From sequence record JF912400.1: a stretch of 48,766 nt of DNA; one strand, written 5' to 3'. The position numbers were made by a program, and so were the translations under genes. Below are positions 43,657-48,766 of this stretch, piece after piece (positions within the stretch are counted from its first letter, which is position 1; each line of letters begins with the position of its first letter). The notes below the pieces were generated by a model. It did not search any database. It worked only from the letters and a program-made list of their open reading frames with translations, and was not told the DNA's origin. Source of the DNA: Cronobacter phage ESP2949-1.

Positions 43657-44620
43657 AGTACATATCGTTTAGAAGCAGGACGTTTACGCCTGCGGTTTTG
43701 TTAACGTCAACGGAATATTCGGAAGTCCATATATTCGCCACGTACCCGCGCCCGACTCTCACCACATTACCGGATCTGACAAGACCCTGAAACTTTGCGT
43801 AACACCAGCCCCCTGAAACATCAGTTTGGGCACCATACCGCCCCAAAAGTATATATTTGTCTCCGATATCAACTCCCGCCACGGATGGCCGATAATATGA
43901 ATTAGAATAAACAAATGGCCGCCTTGTAGTTGAGAATGTGCATTGCCCGGCAGAGTTAAAGAAATTAAGTCCATCACCAGGAACCGGAGCCGATCCGGTT
44001 GCAAAAATAACCACATCCATAGTTACGCTTGCGTTAACGTTGGCCCCGTTCCTTTCCTGAACGGCCCTTATAACGTTTCCGTCATATTCAACAACAACAC
44101 CTGCCGCACTCCACTTACCAAATACAGCGTATGATTGCCGGTTAAATCCAGCCACGGATGGTGGAGACCATGAACCATTTATTGTCACACGCCCCCTGTA
44201 GATGCACTGCCCGACAATGCTTCCGTTGGAAATTGTAGTAAAATCAGTGCTGTCCGATATATACAAGCCAATATTACTTGACTGAGAAGCCGGAAATATT
44301 TGCCATATATTCCCCTTGTATGTGATGCTTTTCGCATTGTAATTAGACCAAAATGAAAACACCAAATTGCTTCCACTTTGAGAAACTCCAGCCATTACGT
44401 CTATATCAGGAACAAGAACCGTCCCGCTAGCAAATATATTTGCCGTGACGTGCGGAGAAAATACAGCGGTAGAGCCAGCAACATATCCCGGAATTGGTAT
44501 GCTTGTACCATACCCATTACTTCCGGGAGAATAACCGCAATAGGAGGGGCATCTAAGCCCCGCCGTAATTTCCATTGCTGGCCCTCCGTCACGTAAATCT
44601 ATAAGTAAACCGCTAGGCAT
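43655..44620 (-). CDS. Tail tip/fibre-associated structural protein
   Basis: 321 aa, beta-rich, directly downstream of J. Confidence 0.65.
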   Translation of the reverse strand: MPSGLLIDLRDGGPAMEITAGLRCPSYCGYSPGSNGYGTSIPIPGYVAGSTAVFSPHVTANIFASGTVLVPDIDVMAGVSQSGSNLVFSFWSNYNAKSITYKGNIWQIFPASQSSNIGLYISDSTDFTTISNGSIVGQCIYRGRVTINGSWSPPSVAGFNRQSYAVFGKWSAAGVVVEYDGNVIRAVQERNGANVNASVTMDVVIFATGSAPVPGDGLNFFNSAGQCTFSTTRRPFVYSNSYYRPSVAGVDIGDKYILLGRYGAQTDVSGGWCYAKFQGLVRSGNVVRVGRGYVANIWTSEYSVDVNKTAGVNVLLLNDMY

Positions 44621-44621
44621 A

Positions 44622-47600
44622 TTACCAACTCCCTAAAACTATTCGCCCGCCATTGGGCAAGTTTACGGTAACACCATTGCCGTTTATAACGGTTTTGTTA
44701 CCAGTACCGGCCAAAGAGAATCGGCCATCAGTGGCATAGATGCTACCACGGACAGTCACTTGGTTAAACTCGGCATTGCCAGCCTTGTTTATCGTCCATC
44801 CAGCAGATCCAGATGTGTAGTTGTTGGACTGGATCACGCTGCCTATTTTGGCGTTTGTTATTGTTCCATCCTTAACGAAAAGGCTGTTAATAAACACCTG
44901 CGATCCCTCAACAACGAACGGCAGCGCGAAAGAGTTCGACGAAGCATTGCTGATAACGGCGAACCGGTCAGCGCTAACCAGCAATTGCGATTTTACCGAA
45001 GTTCCAGAACCCACAAGCGACAATGCAAGCCCTGCGTCATACTCTTTTCCGTTATACCGTAGACCAAGCTTGACGCCATACATAGCGCCGGTTGAGGTTG
45101 CGTTAGACCAAGAATCAAGCTTCTCATTCAGCGCTGCCTCATTGTTGCCAAGACGCGCTGATAATGCGGTATCTGCCGAAACCCTGGCTTCGGTTTCCGT
45201 TGCTATCGCCTGCTGAACCTGCGTTATCTGACCCTGGATATCGTCGCCAATTTGCGCTTTCAGATCCTGGATGGATTGAGAGAGCGCCTGATCTCCGTTT
45301 GCGATAACCTCTCGCAGTTCGGTATTCATGGCCGACATTTCGCCTTCAACCTCCGCCTGCAATTGTGAAACCTGCGTCACGCGGGCCTCTGTTTCGCTGG
45401 CGATGAGTTTTAGGCTCTCTTTGATTTGCGCCCTGAACTTACCATTTTTAACCTGCTGAATGCGAACATCGGCATCATTAGCTAAGGCGTTTTCAATGGC
45501 CGCCTCCGCCGATGAGTGGATCTTGTCATTGGCCGCAATCGCATTTTCCTTCAACCATTTGAAGCCGTCAGAACCTTCGATATCAACCTTAATGTGATCC
45601 GTTATGATGCTGGTGTCGTCCGACGCCATGCCCCTTACGAACTCACTCCACGGCGACACGTTGCCTATGCGATCCACAGTCCGCGCCCTGTACCAGTTAA
45701 CATAGCCAGCCGGGAGAATGCTATGCCAGTAGTCATATTGCGGATATGGAACCATCGTTAACAGCGTTGCCTGATCCTCAATAGGATGACCATCTGCGCC
45801 GTTCGGTGCCTGCTGCAATTCGGTGTAAGCTGTATCTCCGGAGTCTGCCGCAAATCCCCACTTAACCCGGATGCCGAAAACCTCATCATCAGAAGCCGTC
45901 ATATTGACCGGCGCGCCAGGCTCTCCCACCTTGCCTTTTAGCGACACGTTCACAATGTCAGACCAGACGGAAGCGCTGCCCTGCGCTGAAACAGCGCGAA
46001 CCCTTACGCCGTAGTTACCGGCATAGATACCCTCTACCTCTATTTCCTTGTTGGCCGTCTGCGGCGTGTTGTTCCAGTCGCCATCACCCTTTCGCCATTG
46101 CATTTCATAGAGGCTGGCGTATGGAACCTTATCCCAGGTTACGCGCATGGTTTCAACGCTGATTCCCTGCACTACGCGAGAATATGAAGAAACCTTAACG
46201 TTTTTCGGCTTCTCAAGCTGATCTGGCGTCACGTTACTTGTTGGCCGGTCATCAATATTGACGCCATAGTCAATCTCGTCGTACTTGTTCGGATCGTACT
46301 GAACCGCCGTTATGCTGTAGGTAAATTCCTCCTGGTCATCGCCACGAGTGATTTTGGTAACAACATACTGCTGCAACGCGATATCTGTGCGCTCAATTGC
46401 AAAAACAGCGTCAGGCAGAACGTCAAACCCAAACGTGGTATTCATGCTGATGGTTTTTCCGTCGCTGCTCACTTTTGAAATAGTGCGTCGCACAGGCTTA
46501 CCGTCAGGTCGGTTGACGATGATAAAGTCACCTGCTCGGGCATCAACTTTATAGTTCAGGAAAACTTGCAATCCGCTAACCTCTGCCACGCGCCCGGAAA
46601 GGCTAAGTGTAAGCGCGCTACTCCAGAAGTTGTCCGCAATCGCGATAACATCGCCAATTGTCGGTATCATGCCCTCAAGTCCGGTTGCAAAGTTTACTGT
46701 CGTGCTGCGAAGGTTGGTTTTGAGTATCCAGCGCCCGCGTCTGTTAGCCTCGCTCCTGCGCGTGCAACCGATGGCTGTAATGCTGGTCGGGTTGTAACCA
46801 AATCGCATGGATGCTTCAACGTCGAAAACACCTTCGACATCCTGTTTGTACATATTTTGCTCATCATCAAAGGTGACGTTGCACTGCGTGTACATGCTCT
46901 TTTCGCTGGCGTAGGTGTAACTGAAATCTCCGTTTACAACGTTTTCATTCGTAAACAGGTAAGACGGATCGCGCGGCCTGTCGATGATGATAGACAAGCT
47001 CTCGCCGTTCCAAAAACTCATTCCGCGAAAGATAGAGCAAATATCGCGCACAAGCTGGTAAGCCTCTACCTGATTCTGGATCACCACGTCGCACAGATAG
47101 CGCGGCTCCGTTCCGCCTTTCCCGTCAGGCACTTTCTGATCGCAGTATTGGGCCGCTTCGTAAATGCTCCATTTATCAATGGCGATGCCAAGCTCTTTCT
47201 GATCGAGGCCATAGCGCTGATTGGTTATCAGGTCATAAAGCACGAATGCCGGGTTGTTGCTCCACGCCTTCTTCCATGTTCCATCCCAAGTGCCGGAATA
47301 CTCGCGCAACTCCGTGTCATAATTGCTCGGCACGTTAATAAGCTTCCAGCGCTTCTTGACAGATATGGTTGGGATCTGATTAGGGAACAGCTCGGAATCA
47401 AATTCGACGTACACAATACCTGTCAGGGGATAGCGGAATTTGGCGTCGATAACGTTCGCGTAGCTTTGTAGGCGGATCGTATCCACAACGTTAGAGTTTG
47501 TGCTGTCCGGCGTCACGCGAGACACGCGAACCAAAACCTGATCGTTAAAGTCCGGCAAGTCAACGCGACGGCTTCGGTCATATCCGCTGGTCGTTTTCCC

Positions 47601-48092
47601 TGTTATCGTATCAGTTAAAACGGTTTTATATGCCCCGCCGTCAACGGCCATATCAACACGATAAGTAACACTGATACCCACACGGTCGCCGTCATTTTCG
47701 ACCTTCACGCCCTGCGGGATCATCATTTTGATTCGCAGCGCAGAAAGGTTTTTGTCGGTAACTGATATGACGTAAGGATTGTCATTGGTAATGACTCGCT
47801 GCAATGTGATCTCGCTTGAGCTATCGGTGAACCCCTTGATATAGCTCTGAGTCTGCGTGCCTGGCCTGAACTCTGCGGTGACGCCCTGGTAGTTGTAGCT
47901 GCCATCCTCGTTTTGAACCGGAACGTTATCAAGATAAAGATTTTTGAGAGAAAAATCAGGGTCGCATTCGCCATCAGAAACGGCGAGAAGGATTTTAATT
48001 TTGTTGATCGAGATCAGGTTGTCAGCCATTTCTTTTGGAGTATGCGGCTTCGCGCTGCCGCCCTTGCTGCCCGATATCACTTTCTTCTTCAT
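44622..48092 (-). CDS. J: Central tail fibre / host specificity protein J
   Basis: ~1156 aa; VTGYRVDMAVDGGAYKTV.., VQNQVEAYQLVRDICSIFRGMSFWNG, TLNxGxxxxFDVLP-type, FN3-like domains; start refined from 48152. Confidence 0.93.
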   Translation of the reverse strand: MKKKVISGSKGGSAKPHTPKEMADNLISINKIKILLAVSDGECDPDFSLKNLYLDNVPVQNEDGSYNYQGVTAEFRPGTQTQSYIKGFTDSSSEITLQRVITNDNPYVISVTDKNLSALRIKMMIPQGVKVENDGDRVGISVTYRVDMAVDGGAYKTVLTDTITGKTTSGYDRSRRVDLPDFNDQVLVRVSRVTPDSTNSNVVDTIRLQSYANVIDAKFRYPLTGIVYVEFDSELFPNQIPTISVKKRWKLINVPSNYDTELREYSGTWDGTWKKAWSNNPAFVLYDLITNQRYGLDQKELGIAIDKWSIYEAAQYCDQKVPDGKGGTEPRYLCDVVIQNQVEAYQLVRDICSIFRGMSFWNGESLSIIIDRPRDPSYLFTNENVVNGDFSYTYASEKSMYTQCNVTFDDEQNMYKQDVEGVFDVEASMRFGYNPTSITAIGCTRRSEANRRGRWILKTNLRSTTVNFATGLEGMIPTIGDVIAIADNFWSSALTLSLSGRVAEVSGLQVFLNYKVDARAGDFIIVNRPDGKPVRRTISKVSSDGKTISMNTTFGFDVLPDAVFAIERTDIALQQYVVTKITRGDDQEEFTYSITAVQYDPNKYDEIDYGVNIDDRPTSNVTPDQLEKPKNVKVSSYSRVVQGISVETMRVTWDKVPYASLYEMQWRKGDGDWNNTPQTANKEIEVEGIYAGNYGVRVRAVSAQGSASVWSDIVNVSLKGKVGEPGAPVNMTASDDEVFGIRVKWGFAADSGDTAYTELQQAPNGADGHPIEDQATLLTMVPYPQYDYWHSILPAGYVNWYRARTVDRIGNVSPWSEFVRGMASDDTSIITDHIKVDIEGSDGFKWLKENAIAANDKIHSSAEAAIENALANDADVRIQQVKNGKFRAQIKESLKLIASETEARVTQVSQLQAEVEGEMSAMNTELREVIANGDQALSQSIQDLKAQIGDDIQGQITQVQQAIATETEARVSADTALSARLGNNEAALNEKLDSWSNATSTGAMYGVKLGLRYNGKEYDAGLALSLVGSGTSVKSQLLVSADRFAVISNASSNSFALPFVVEGSQVFINSLFVKDGTITNAKIGSVIQSNNYTSGSAGWTINKAGNAEFNQVTVRGSIYATDGRFSLAGTGNKTVINGNGVTVNLPNGGRIVLGSW

Positions 48093-48166
48093 CTGTCTTT
48101 CCTTTTTGTGGTATTTATTTCGTCCATTATACTGGCAAAAAAAAGGCCGCACAATGCGGCCCCTGA

Positions 48167-48766
48167 TTATGCTTTATCCTCTGAATAACTGCCTGCCGAC
48201 CAGATAGCTCCGCCAACAGTTCTGTAACCATACGGTAGAGGAACCGGGTAGCCAGCCGCCGTGGTATTGACTGCGCCGCCGAAAGCGTATGACGGCGCGT
48301 TCTCAGTGCTATTAATCTGCATCTTTGCTCCGCCCTGCTGCGGAGAAATCATTTGCATTACGCCACCAAGCACCATAGAGCCACCCATCAGAAAAGCAGA
48401 TGTTGCGATCTTACCCATCGCGGCAAGTGAAGCCCCTCCAGTAAAGAAAGCCGCCGCCATGATGGTAGCGCCAACAACAACAGTTAACAGACCGCCATTT
48501 TTTGAACCAGTCGGAACCGGTATCAGGCGAACTTCTTTGGCGCATTTCCATGCGTGTTCGTCATTCTGCCCAACGTTTCGACCATCAACGAAAACCGCAA
48601 ACTGCATACGCGATCCGATCTCGCTTTGCATGAAGTCCTTAAAACCGGCAACCTGAGATGACAGCGCCCGGATGGCTTCCGGGTAGCTATCAACGGCGAA
48701 GCGGTGAAAAACGCCGAATCGGCGTCCAAGTGAACCGGATAGTTTTATCTTCTTAATCTCGTTCAT
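48167..48766 (-). CDS. I: Tail assembly protein I
   Basis: 199 aa; GSLGRRFG...; central Gly/Ala hydrophobic segment; ATG is the last 3 nt of the window. Confidence 0.88.
   Translation of the reverse strand: MNEIKKIKLSGSLGRRFGVFHRFAVDSYPEAIRALSSQVAGFKDFMQSEIGSRMQFAVFVDGRNVGQNDEHAWKCAKEVRLIPVPTGSKNGGLLTVVVGATIMAAAFFTGGASLAAMGKIATSAFLMGGSMVLGGVMQMISPQQGGAKMQINSTENAPSYAFGGAVNTTAAGYPVPLPYGYRTVGGAIWSAGSYSEDKA

Noticed and set aside
47228-47471. ORFs inside J (including 46566..47471 plus strand, 301 aa)
   Set aside because: Antisense to the strongly supported J gene; no motifs; a random consequence of GC-rich coding DNA.
44622-48092. Candidate defence or toxin domain hidden in J
   Set aside because: Sequence fits standard J architecture with FN3-like domains; no catalytic motif seen.

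Overview
The window is an almost complete genome of a strictly lytic-looking, lambda-tailed siphovirus (probably an Enterobacterales phage), opened inside the tail gene K. The left edge holds only the N-terminal JAMM half of gpK, and the right edge is the gpI start codon. There are five transcription blocks: (1) minus 1-23.8 kb, with tail L/M/H, G/GT, tube, connectors, capsid, portal, TerL/TerS, then early accessory genes; (2) plus 24.5-30.3 kb, with small genes, a C5-cytosine-MTase-like protein and a DUF3987 helicase/primase-like protein; (3) minus 30.3-37.1 kb, with lipoprotein/u-spanin, SAR-type endolysin, holin, HTH-phosphoesterase, Dam-like MTase, VRR-NUC and SF2 helicase; (4) plus 37.2-40.6 kb, with HTH regulator, Zn-primase and Stf-like S74 tail fibre; (5) minus 40.7-48.8 kb, with SSB, ERF annealase, PD-(D/E)XK exonuclease, J and I. 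No integrase, CI-like repressor module, DNA polymerase, tRNA or CRISPR array was recognised. The most interesting signals are non-coding. First, a dispersed family of about 12-14 compact promoter cassettes shares the dyad TAGCA-N5-TGCTA, fused to a TAAACA-like -35, a 17-18 bp and usually GC-hairpin spacer, and a TATTAT-like -10, often overlapping the stop codon of the preceding gene. Some copies also look like a terminator and a promoter in one. Second, a ~300 bp non-coding element with a C-tract/(TAAA)n/G-tract core is present twice, 19.4 kb apart, with a 42-nt core matching at 41/42 positions. Third, an exact A AAA AAC slippery site gives a G/GT -1 frameshift. All family names come from motif and synteny recognition by eye; no database search was run.
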